Assembly: GCF_036588685.1 (NCBI RefSeq)
Contig: NC_086373.1
Location: forward strand, 112,592,001 to 112,656,000
Length of the DNA stretch: 64,000 nucleotides
Direction: 5' to 3'
Source: Mytilus trossulus
Lineage: Eukaryota
Part shown: positions 40,501 through 53,299 of the stretch, piece by piece
Layout of the letters: every line of letters starts with the position of its first letter
Numbering within the stretch: the first letter of the stretch is position 1
Position numbers and translations under genes: made by a program
The notes under the pieces: model-generated
Database searches by the model: none
What the model saw: the letters and a program-made list of their open reading frames with translations, nothing else
Told to the model about the DNA's origin: nothing

Positions 40501-42088
40501 TGTTTTGTATCATCCAAATTGCGTATCAATCTGTTTAAATTTTGTACCTGCATATATCTGTTTTATTTTTGATTATTGAGATAATTAGTGTCCTGTGACA
40601 CAAAATTACAAAGAAACCATTACAAAATTCTGAATCGTCACAAATCATATACTGTGTACGAAGTTCTTAATGTATAAAACACAAAAACCACCACACAGCA
40701 TTGTTATCTCACCACTGGAATATCAGACGGTTCAAGCAGTGAAAATAATTAATTTTGTCCAAATAATTACTCCTTTATAAGATGCAAATTATATCAAATA
40801 ATATATAGATATCATCAAGACGCAAAATATATCAAATAATATATAAATATCATCAAGACTATTTTTGATTAAATCGAATAAAATTACTTTTCGAACAGTT
40901 TGAACTTTCGATCTATAAAATTATTTAAGATTTGTTATTTTATAGTTAATTAATTTAGTGATAGGTAAATAAGTTAAAGTAAGTAAATTTAATTAAGAGT
41001 ACGGCATGGTATGTACATATTTACATAGTAAACATGAGTTCTCTTGAGACTTTACCGGACTTGATATTTAAAATAAATCAAATAACAATTTGTAAGCACA
41101 TTTGACAGAATACACATCAACAAGTCTCATACATTATTTTAATTGGTCATTATAAACATGTCTGTATGGCCTAGTATATTACTTAGTATTGATGAGATAG
41201 AGGCTTGATGACGTATATATATTTGCTTGTGTGATTTGTAGATAGTTTATGCTCATAAAACCATGCAAGTACAAAGTTACAGACAAGTTAAAAAATATAA
41301 AACATAAAAATAAAAAGGCATTTAAAATGATGTCAATATGCCATTTTGTGATTCTTTGCTGAAACATTAATTAGTTTTATTTGTGGTTAAGATTATATCA
41401 CAGTGTTTATGTATCCCATTGTTTTTAAAGTTTCTATCTATTGTGCTGTTTGTTTGTGGATTATATCACAGTGTTATGTATCCCATTGTTTGTAACGTTT
41501 TTATCTTTTGTGCTCAATGGAAATCCGAATTCAGTGAGACGGTTTAGTTCTATGTAAGCTAGGTTTAATCCACCATTTTCTACAGAAATGCCTCGTATGA
41601 CGGTTGTTATCCATTCGTTCTTTTGATTTTGCCTTTTCATATGGAACTTTTTGTTTCGAATTTACTTTGCAGTTCGGTCTTATCTTATTTCATTTTCAAT
41701 GAATACGGTCTTAACCTTAGACTTGATGACAATTCGAAAAGATACATATTTCTTGGAACATCAAACCTCCCATGCTAAGTATAATTATAATTTTACTGTT
41801 GTTTATTATCTTCTACCAAATAGAATATCCTTTATTCGTACAAATCATATTTTTTCAATGTTTTTTTTGTATTTTTCTGTATTAATAAAATGCACGCCTT
41901 TTTAATTTTTAAGATGCTTACAAAATTAGTAATACAACATTTTGCTTTTATAACGTAAATTCTATTTCAATGTTTCAAACATAACTAATAAAGTCCTAAG
42001 TCCTTTTAAAACACATGTACATTGCTGACGATGTCAAGATTATTCTTTTTGTAATGTTATTGATCATATCATGCCTTTTATTTTTAGA

Positions 42089-45000
42089 ATGACTGTGACC
42101 CTGTTTATAGTTTGCCTTTATGTGACATCCGTCAGCAGCCACGGATTATACGTACCAGGCCAAACATGTGTGGACATGAATCCAGCAGGACATTTGGATG
42201 CAGACGGAAATAAGGCTTATTCTCAAACTGTATCATCTCCTTACAAAATATCCATCAACACCACGACCTATACGGCTAATTCTGTCATTGAAGGTAAAAC
42301 CCATAAGGCTAATTCGGTCATTGAAGGTATAACCCATACGGCTAATTCTGTCATTGAAGGTAAAACCCATAAGGCTAATTCGGTCATTGAAGGTATAACC
42401 CATAAGGCTAATTCTGTCATTGAAGGTATAACCCATACGGCTTATTCGGTCATTGAAGGTATAACCCATATGGCTTATTCGGTTATTGAAGGTATAACCC
42501 ATATGGCTTATTCGGTCATTGAAAGTATAACCCATACGGCTTATTCGGTCATTGAAGGTATAACCCATATGGCTTATTCGGTTATTGAAGGTATAACCCA
42601 TATGGCTAATTCGGTCATTGAAGGTAAAACCCATAAGGCTAATTCGGTCATTGAAGGTATAACCCATACGGCTAATTCGGTCATTGAAGGTATAACCCAT
42701 AAGGCTAATTCGGTCATTGAAGGTATAACCCATACGGCTAATTCGGTCATTGAAGGTATAACCCATATGGCTAATTCGGTCATTGAAGGTATAACCCATA
42801 AGGCTAATTCGGTCATTGAAGGTATAACCCATACGGCTAATTCGGTCATTGAAGGTATAACCCATATGGCTAATTCGGTTATTGAAGGTATAACCTATAC
42901 GGCTAATTCGGTCATTGAAGGTATAACCCATATGGCTAATTCGGTCATTGAAGGTATAACCCATAAGGCTAATTCGGTCATTGAAGGTATAACCCATACG
43001 GCTAATTCGGTCATTGAAGGTATAACCCATATGGCTAATTCGGTTATTGAAGGTATAACCTATACGGCTAATTCGGTCATTGAAGGTATAACCCATACGG
43101 CGAATTCGTTCATTGAAGGTATAACCCATACGGCTAATTCGGTCATTGAAGGTATAACCCATACGGCTAATTCTGTCATTGAAGGTATAACCCATACGGC
43201 TAATTCGGTCATTGAAGGTATAACCCATATGGCTAATTCGGTTATTGAAGGTATAACCCATACGGCTAATTCGGTTATTGAAGGTATAACCAATACGGCT
43301 AATTCGGTCATTGAAGGTATAACCCATACGGCTAATTCGGTCATTGAAGGTATAACCCATACAGCTAATTCGGTCATTGAAGGTATAACCCATACGGCTA
43401 ACTCGGTCATTGAAGGTATAACTTGTACGGCTTATTCGGTCATTGAAGGTATAAACCATACAGCTAATTCGGTCATTGAAGGTATGACCCATACGACTAA
43501 TTCGGTCATTGAAGGTATAACCCATACGGCTAATTCTGTCATTGAAGGTATAACCCATACGGCTAATTCGGTCATTGAAGGTATAACCAATATGGCTAAT
43601 TCGGTCATTGAAGGTATAACCCATACGGCTCATTCTGTCATTGAAGGTATAACTTGTACGGCTAATTCGGTCATTGAAGGTATAACCCATACAGCTAATT
43701 CGGTTATTGAAGGTATAACCCATACGGCTAATTCGGTCATTGAAGATATAACCCATATGGCTTATTCGGTCATTGAAGGTAAAACCCATACGACGAATTC
43801 GGTTATTGAAGGTATAACCTATACGGCTAATTCTGTCATTGAAGGTATAACCCATAATTCGGTCATTGAAGGTATTACCCATATATATAGTTCTATCATT
43901 GAGGGTATTACCCATACTTCTACAGATAAACTACGTTAACACCTATCATATCAAGAGTACATTTGCTTTGTACTAAAGGCCATCCTGAATTGAATGGATC
44001 TGCTAAGAATGGGAAATACAGCTGTCTAGTTTTACTACTATTTTCAGATATATATATTTCAAATATGTACAATTTGGAAATTACCATGGCGTTCATTATC
44101 ACTGAACTAGTATATATTTGTTTCGGGGCCAGCTGAAGGACGCCTCCGGTTGGTGGAATATCTCGCTCCATTGAAGACATGTTGGTGATCTTTTGCTGTT
44201 GTTTTTTCTATGGTCGGGTTGTTGTCTCTTTGACACATTCCCCATTTCCATTCTCAATTTTTAACCGGAATTTTGTGACAAAAATGTCGGTTATTGATTT
44301 GGGGATAAACGGCGGGCGGCAGGGCGGTCGGGCGGGCGGCAACCAAATGTTGTCCGTGCATTTACTCATGAACTGTTAAACCAAAGCTTTTCAAATCTTA
44401 ATATGTTGTTACAGACAACAAAAAGAAGATCAAGTTCAATAATGACGATTTTGACTTATACCGTTCAGGAGTTATGGTTCTTGAAAGATTGAAAAATGGC
44501 GTTTCCAGTCGTGTCCGTGCATTTACTCATGAACCATTCAACCTAAGCTTTTCAAATTTTAATATGTTGATACTGATGACAAAATGGAGGTCAGATTTGA
44601 TATTGACGATTTTCACTTTCACTGTTCATTAAGTTATGGTTCTTGTGATATTGGCAGGACACAAATAAATGTAAATAAATCCGGTTTGCTGTTGTTGTGA
44701 CAGCCTCTTGTATTATATATATCGGTTACCTACTAAACTGTTGTAATGGTACTTGAATAATCAAAAGAAAGTTCAGAAAATATAAAAATCCTTCTCCAAC
44801 GAACGGTTCATAGCAAAATGATATGTAGCAATATTCGCTTGCTGTTCTGACTATATACGATATGTACAATATAATGCAATGAATATTGAAAACTCATAAA
44901 AAAAATTTGATTGCTTACACACCATATATCTAGGAAAAGTACCTTTAACGGCATTAAAATAACTGAAACTATGGCCTAATTTTCCAATTAATATTTTATG

Positions 45001-48000
45001 TTCGACAAAACCGTTCTAAAAAATATAAATGACCATTTCTGACTTATATTGATTTACTAAATCGTGTTTATATGTTGGTTTAGCAATCTAAAGGTATATC
45101 AACTGAATATTCAATTGAACCAATTTAAAAAAATAAATGATAAAATTGATGAAGGATATCGATATGTTTAATAGATCATGTGATGAAGGATATTGATATG
45201 TTTAATAGATCATGTGATGAAGGATATTGATATGTTTAATAGATCATGTGATGAAGGATATTGATATGTTTAATAGATCATGTGATGAAGGATATTGATA
45301 TGTTTAATAGATCATGTGATGAAGGATATTGATATGTTTAATAGATCATGTGATGAAGGATATTGATATGTTTAATAGATCATGTGATGAAGGATATTGA
45401 TATGTTTAATAGACCATGGTGTTGTAATGGTTTCGTTAAAAAGAAGAAAAAGGGGCACTTTCATTGCACCAATGGAAATAAAAATGGGGAATGTCTCAAA
45501 GAGATAGCAACCCGAACAAAGGGCTGAAAACAGCCGAAGGCCACCAATGGGTATTCAATACAGCAGGAAAATCACGCATCAGGAAGCTTGCTTCAGCTGG
45601 CCCCTAAACAAATCGTGTACTAGTTAAAAAAAATATGGACGTCATACCCAACTCTAAAACATATAAAAGAACTATAATAATTAAAAACAAAACCATACAA
45701 AGACCAGAGGCTACCGACTTGGGAAAGTTGTGACGTCGGGTTAAACATGCATTTTTTGTTTACAGTATTTGTATATGCCAATGGTGATCATGGGTACGAT
45801 TTTTACGAGGGAATGCTGTTACAAGTTCGCCGTGCTGACTGTGACCATACATATAAAGATGTCTCAGTTGGTACCTTTATGCTGAATACTGGAGAAAATT
45901 TTCTAACAACGATGTCCTGTACTAATCTGGATGTAAGTGTTCCAATCTTTTTCACGCGAATATTTGTTCTTGTTTTTAAGATAAAAATAACAACATAATT
46001 CGATTCAGTGTTTTTAAAAGGGAATAAATAAAAGGCCCGGTGAAGACAAATGTAAAGCATTTTGACAAAGAGAAAAAAATCATGAACAAAAGAGTGAACG
46101 AAAAACAAACATGTTGTCTTCAAAAAGTAAAATCTAAAAACAAAATTGTGACCTAATAAAAAAACCACTTAGCTACGATTACATTTGTAATAAACGCTCT
46201 GTGATCCTCTGTTTATCAATTTCTTTATATTGAAAAGGGATTTTCCGTTTAGAGTTTTTCTCGGAGTTCGGTATTTTTTTTCTTTTATGTATCTGATAAT
46301 CAGTGTTGTCAATCTACACTTGAGCCAATGGAATAATATCATAAAGAATTGAAAAATACCAAGTTTTGTATTATTGAAAATATGTAGATTCCTAGATAGT
46401 CAGGTATCTACATATCATTGGCATAATTGGTTGAAAATATCTCATCAAAATATATATGAAGGGTATCTGAACTGCAGAAAGAATGGTAGTAAAAACTAAA
46501 ATAAGATTTTAAGTAGTACATCTTGGCGACCGGCTTCCTTCATTAGAATTTATGTTAAGTGAAGGGGACAAGATAAAGACGAAATATGTTCTTAATCTTT
46601 TAATGGAACTATCAAAGGAGAGATAACCGGATATATAATTCTAATAAATTTTCCTCTTTGTGAATGATGGTTCTTTTGTTTTGCTGTGAATTTTTAAATT
46701 TGAGTTTAATATTTCATTCTGAATAAAACAAAAATGCAAAATTGATTGAGTTTTCGTCTGTTTATATAACAGGACCACGCTTCCAAATTGACTTTACATA
46801 AAATGGAAGGGATGACTATCAAAACATTTAGTTTGTTCGTCTCTTTTTATTACCCACGACACATTCTTCTTTTATAGGATACAGTTGGCCACATGGCACA
46901 TGCGCATATCTATAACAGGACATTTTATTGGAAAGCACCCCCAACGACAGAAGGTCCACTGTTTATCAGGTATTTTTTAAAACAACAATGACATTGTGTA
47001 ACTAAAGCATGTGTTCCTAATATAGCTTTATATACATCGCACCAGTCCTGTTTGTAATTGTATTAAACATGATTTCTGAGAAGTTGTAAGGACATTTCGT
47101 TTCACTTTATAACCTAGAAAATTCATCATCAGGAAGAGCTGTCCATTCATTATAGAAAACTAATTCGGGATTCAAACTAATACCAAAGAAAACACATCTC
47201 TTATAGCGAGAAAACAACGAAACAATAAAAACACTGAACCACAACACACAAACGCCAGAAACGGACTACTTTATAACAAAATGCATATTCCTGACATAAA
47301 ACAAGTCAATTGGAGGAAAAATGATGGATTGAACCTGGCGTTATGGCTAGACAAACCCCACCTAAATAGCAATGTTAACAAATATAAATATAATGACGAC
47401 ACTACTTTATTGAAATACAGTTTGTAAACAAATACTAAATCACTCAGCACAGAGAAATGCATACATACATAATATAATAGTACAATACAACATGTTTACA
47501 ACGGAATATCAAAGAACAAAAAGTGAAATTGATGTTGGATGAAGCGTCTTTCTGACCACGAAATATTCTATATTAAACACATAATTATAACGAAGTTTCA
47601 ATAGATAATAAGCGTTTGAATATCGCCACATTAAACATTGATTTTGCAGCATTCATATTTTATTTCAAAGTTACTTTATGCAATACATTGAAAAGATGTA
47701 CGTGGCTACCATCCGTAGCCATTGATTTTATAAATTAAGATAACATTGTCTAGATTAAAAATAAAATCCAATACAAAGATAGCGCAAAACATTCAAGTAG
47801 AACAATCTTTGTAAAACAAAAAAGGTTATTGAATGAAAAGAATTATGAAATGTACAACCCATGTCATGCTTTATATTCCTTCATTAGATATAGGAAGATG
47901 TGGTGTGAGTGCCAATGAGACAACTCTTTATCCAAATAACAATTTATAGAAGTAAACCATTGTAAGCAATGTACGGCCTTCAAAACGGTCCATTGGCTCA

Positions 48001-48658
48001 CAGCCGAACCACAAGCTATAAAGGGCCAAAAGTTACAAGTGTGAAACCATTCAAACGTGAAAACAAACGGTCTAATCTATATAACAAATGAGAAACGAGA
48101 AACGTATAAATTACACAAACAAACGACAACTACTGTACATCAGATTGAAGCTAGATTTTACTAATCGTTTACAATTAGAATTATATGATATCTTCTCAAT
48201 TTAAACTTTAAATTAACAAGAAGACATTTGTGATTGAATATACGGTATTTTCAGAGGTTCTTCAATATGTCAATTTGAGATTTTCTACTCCTGTTTTTGT
48301 ACGTTTACACTGCATCTGTGCATTACAGATCTGTACTAAATAAATACGAATCAGGACGTCCAGGATAAAATGGCAACAAAATCAATTCTGCATTACGGGC
48401 AATTTTAATTAAAGAAAATATTAAAGAGGATATTGAATTATTCCATTTTTTTTTATTTACAGAGCAACCATTGCTAGGCGACAGAGAACTTTTTGGATGA
48501 ATGTTGTATCAGAATTTATTATGGACCCAGGTAGTTCGGTCACCCCCGAAACATGTACTGAACCACCAACCATTTGTTCAGCGGGAATACATAAAATGTC
48601 CACGTTACTTGTACTTGCTATGACTGTTTTTATATTTCTAACATATCATTTATATTGA
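42089..48658 (+). CDS. Reeler-domain secreted protein (putative defense protein/FRRS1-like Reeler), probably GPI-anchored; exons 42089-42293, 45766-45932, 46878-46969, 48463-48658; 219 aa
   Basis: GT-AG introns have consistent phases 1, 0 and 2. The N-terminus is signal-peptide-like (MTVTLFIVCLYVTSVSS). Reeler-like motifs are CVDMNPAGH, SPYKI, FYEGMLLQVR, VGTF, DTVGH, YWKAP, FIRAT and TFW. The C-tail is hydrophobic (LLVLAMTVFIFLTY). An acceptor AG at 42086-42087 implies an unlocated upstream exon. Confidence 0.85.
42266..43917 (+). repeat. 33-bp minisatellite x50 spanning the first coding exon/intron junction (ACCCATACGGCTAATTCGGTCATTGAAG|GTATA)
   Basis: 1644 bp equals 50x33 minus one 6-bp deletion. 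It reads as stop-free (TANSVIEGITH)n in the gene frame. Confidence 0.97.
44085..44260 (+). repeat. Short interspersed repeat; inverted related copies at about 45470-45625 and 51510-51610
   Basis: GGGGCCAGCTGAAG...TCTCTTTGACACATTCCCCATTTCC recurs in reverse complement at those positions. Confidence 0.65.
44258..44712 (+). mobile_element. Helentron-associated non-autonomous element (HINE-like)
   Basis: T-rich start, subterminal inverted repeat AACCGG...TCGGTT, a (GGCG)n microsatellite, two ~160-bp tandem units (from about 44352 and 44513) and a short 3' palindromic end. The family is inferred from architecture. Confidence 0.6.
45148..45415 (+). repeat. 34-bp minisatellite, about 8 copies (intronic)
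   Basis: TGATGAAGGATATTGATATGTTTAATAGATCATG is repeated. Confidence 0.95.
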
Positions 48659-48779
48659 ATATGATTATTTCATTCAGTCACATTATCACAATTTTAGACC
48701 TGACCTGACATTAACCGGATTGATACAATTATATCACAAAATTTGTTTTTTCAAGATTTTTTTTTCTGAAATAACAAAA

Positions 48780-49060
48780 TTCAGAGAGTTGGAAAATTAA
48801 GTCCTATAATGGCTTGGAAGGCTGTTCCATAAAGTAGCAGCAGCAGCAAATTTGAAAGTTTTTCTTTACTGGAACGGATAGACATTACCTGTTGAACATT
48901 CAGAATATTTACATACTTATAAGAATACTTAGATATTTTGACAATCAACAAATTTTGTAAGCACAGAGGAGCTATGTTGTTTATAATCTTTACAGTTTCT
49001 AGAGCCATTTTTTATCCGTCTGATCTGTAAGGATGAAACCTTAGCTTTAAGTGAGAGATT
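48780..49060 (-). mobile_element. Decayed LINE (CR1-like) 3' fragment just downstream of the Reeler stop codon
   Basis: ALETVKIINNIAPLCLQNL resembles the post-RT region of CR1-type ORF2. Confidence 0.45.
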
Positions 49061-52000
49061 TATTGGACTTTAATTTTTTTTTATTGGACTTTAATTTTTT
49101 TTATATGAATTACTTGGAAGGTATGATGTCATAATACGACTCGTTGTATCAGTGTTTTTTTGTTGTTTTGTTTTCCATTTTTGACTGTCAAATAACCTTT
49201 CATTTACATGTAATATCATTGTCATGTGTGCTTATTAACAGTGTTAACTAAATGTTTTAATAGAATTATTTGTTAACTTTTTTTTAAAAATAAGGTGATC
49301 ATATTTCTCAGTCTGTAGTATTTATAATTAAAAGAGTATACATGTTCCCTTCTGAAGAGTTTTATTTATAATACTTGAATAACAGTTTGCATTTACGTTT
49401 ATTGACAATAATTTAAATCAGACTAACAGAAATTAACTTTTTTTTTTTTATTAAATTCGTTATCAAACATTACTAAAACTTTTAGTGGGGTTCATGTGTC
49501 TCAGTCTTTAGTTTTCTATGTTATGTTTTGTTCCTCAAATATTTCAATTATTTGGCCATGCTATTGTTAGATTTTAATGTACTTTATTCGAACTTTCTTA
49601 GTATTTTCTTTCTATCTTTTGTTCACTTATTTAAAATGTATATGAACAAATTATATTTCTGTTGTGCAAATGAAAGTAATTATACATGAAACATTTCAGT
49701 GTCCTGATTATTGACCTGTTTGTACAGACTTTGTGGTCAAATATTTTGTTACAAAGGTTATTTGATCAAACTATGTGTGAGGGATACTTGTAAATGTAAA
49801 CTACCATGCCATTAATAGATGTTTGAAATTACATCTCAGCCATTCTTATAACAATTTCAAATATATTTGTATAGTCATTTGGTTTTATGATTGTAGCAGG
49901 TTACTTTATTCGAATTGAATCTGTATATACAATATTGATGAATATTTGGCCATAATAGAAAATATCCACTTAAAGAAAAAAAGGAAATCACAAAAATACG
50001 GAACTCCGAGGAAAATTCAAAACTGAAAGTCTCTAATTAAATGTCAAAAATCAAATGCAAAAACAAATCAAACGAATGGACAACAACTGTTATATTTCTA
50101 ACTTGGTACAGGCATTTTCAAATGTAGAAAATGGTGGATTGAACCTGATTTTTAGTGCTAACCCTCCAACAAATATGCAGTTGCATCAAATCCCATTATA
50201 TTTACAACGATGCATGAACAAAACAGACATATCGTTAAGAGCTAGGTTTACCGCACCTTTCAGCTGTTAGGTGCCAAAACAAACAATTTTATAAGTTTTA
50301 AACTTTGATTCAGAATGTGGATATTATACTGAAGTTAAATAAGATATTAATTAAGAATTAGGGAAAATTGTATTTTAGTTTTGGAATATATATCATGCTC
50401 TGTATGATTGCATGGCAGGTCTTAAAATGTTGAGCATGCTCTGTTTACCTATACGAAGGACCTGAGATGATCCTTTGGTTTTTTTTGGTGGGATTCGTGT
50501 TGTTCAGTCTAGTTTTTCATCATGTTGTGCTTAGAATAATGTTTGTTATCGTTTGATCTTTTTCGATTCATGCAATAGCATTACATGTACCCGTTTATTG
50601 TTGACTTATTAGTTTGAACATTTATTAGGAATATGTCACCTCTTTTCGAAATTTGGTATAATTGAAAAAAAAATCCACTTGTTATGAAAAGTAAAATAGC
50701 TAAAATACCGAACTACAAGAAAAAAAATCAATACCGAGAATCCCTTATCAAACAGCAAAATAAAAAGCTGAAACACATCAAACGAATTAAAAAAAAACCC
50801 TTGTAATACAGCCAACTCAACCTTTCATTTATATGAGAGTCGCATCCCCCCATTACATTGACAAAATTGAACAAAATAGACATAATAAGTAAACTTTGGA
50901 ATACCGCAGTCAACATTTTGTTAAGGTCTTTAAAGCAAATAACATTTTCAACAACGAAAAACCAGAATATTTATCAACACGATCTCTGTATCTTACGATG
51001 AAGTTTTTTTTAGACAAAAGGGCAAGACGTTCTTTGGCATAACACTGGTTCGTCAACTTTCTGCTCAGAGACTGGTGACGTTTTATAAAGTATGAGTATC
51101 AGCTGCAAGCTCCTTATTATCAAATGAGTTAGGAATTGTATATACCATTTATGCAGGTGAAGTTGATATATTGCTGCTTGGAGGGGGGCTCCAAAGAGCC
51201 GTGAAGAAGCAAAGAGATTAAATAGGTTTAATGCATACGCTTTATATCATATAAATACGTTAAGATGTTTCTTTATGTTTTTTTTTATGAATACAATAAA
51301 TAAGACAATTTTGATATCATTCAGTTACTCTTACTCGTATTTATACTCGGGGTAAGATTCCTTCAACCATTATAAATCTCTATTAGAAAATCCATCTTAT
51401 TAACATTGTGTTAATACGTTTAAAGTTCATTGTTTTGTTTATTTTCACTTTGGTGTTGGTCCGTATCTTACATGACGTTGGGGTATTGAACATCAGTAAA
51501 TGAAATCATAAAATTGAGATTGAAAATGGGGAATGTGTCAAAGAGACAACAACCTGACCAAAGAAAAGACAACAGCAGAAGGTCACCAACAGGTCTTCAA
51601 TGCAGCGAAATACCATGATGATACTTTTGGCTATTTCATTGACATAATCACATTAAGAAGTATACTAGTAATGATTTATTTTGAACAACATTTACATTTA
51701 TTACATACAGTAAATATGGCCTGCCATATATTTAAGTCACAACCTATACAGATAACAATTGTGTATTCAAAAGTATTGTTCAAATAGACTGTTATGCATT
51801 GTAAGGGGAATAACTCTAACTTTATATTTCTCTTTATTTGTGTTTTACCTTTATTATTTATATTGATACTCTAATACAAACGTTCTCAAATTTGTTCTCT
51901 ATTTAAAAAGTGCTAACCAATGACTGTCCAAGAAGCATACTAAGACTTGGTAAATATTAAATGTAAAGTCTATCCTATTCGTCCATTTTCATCGCTTGAA

Positions 52001-53299
52001 TAATTATCGTATTCTCACCCATTTGCACATGAGCTCTTGAAACACTCGTCAATTATGCTTTGAAATAAAATAAAAAAATCAAGGAAAAAGAAACGAACAA
52101 GAAAGTAATTCAGTGATATGTTTTAAACAACAATACTAATTATAAAAGTAATAACTGAAAAAAAAAAATGTTTCTATTATGTGTGCATAATAAGTTCTAA
52201 CAACGATGATAGATATAGTGTCCATTTTGACAAAATGATCATTTAAAATAATATCGTATAACGTACAAAAATGAACTATATGTCACGTGACATGTACAAA
52301 CATAAACTACATACATGAGAGAAGATATCTATGGAAATTTTGCCGACAAACACAACTTTTAACTTGTCTTGTAATAATTTTGTAAACATAAAGATGTATT
52401 GATTTTTGTGAGTGCATGTCGCCGCATGTTGTTTTAGGAACATACAAATCAATCATTGTATCAGAGCATGCATTTTTTCCCTATTCTGTATTAATGTAAA
52501 TCAATATTATACTCTACTTCATTAACAAATTGTCTATTACTCTAAGGAATATGTCAGTTATGAAATATATAGGAAAACATAAAAAAAACAACTTAGTCAA
52601 ATTGCTATAAGTTCAAAACATAAATATTTAAAGTCACAGTTCGCAAGAATTGATTGATTAGTAATTGCTTCACGCCGCCTAAGCACAAAACGAGAGTAAC
52701 AATTACAACAAACAGAATATAGAATATATGTTAGGTGCCACGTAAATTTTTTTATTAACGTTGCACAATGTTTCATCAAAGTAGTTCTGGTGATTGAACT
52801 GACATTACATAATTTGTCTTTAATTCTCATTTTAAAGGTGAAGCATAACATTTTATTTTTAAATCTATAAAAGAAACTCAACAATAGAACAATATAATCT
52901 CAAATTTAGATTTTATAGAACGGAACAAAATACAATTTGTGATTCAATATAAAAACCCAAAATGTAGAACAATACAAAACACAATAAAATATATATTTCC
53001 TTATTTTAACCGTTCAAAATTGTTGACAATGGTACTTTGAGGACATGATACACCTTATCTTTATACAACTGATATATCTAAAATGAAACAGTTTGTTGTA
53101 TACAGTTTAGCCAACACTATAATGTTGACTGATCTCATTGACTATTTATCTACGGAATACTGTTTCATAAATATAAATACTCTATCGTATGGTACTGAAG
53201 TCTAGGAGTTATCTTTCTTAATTAAAAGTTCTTCTTTGTCCTATTTCTGTCAATTGTGTATTGACACCAAGTAATGAGGTGATAAAATATTTTGATTTA

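Noticed and set aside
42233-43915. 560-aa antisense ORF
   Set aside because: It is a by-product of the 33-bp array.
42071-43939. 622-aa single-exon protein as listed in the ORF track
   Set aside because: The ATG at 42071 lies upstream of an acceptor (42086-42087), and the Reeler domain continues in downstream exons. It is kept only as a possible read-through isoform.
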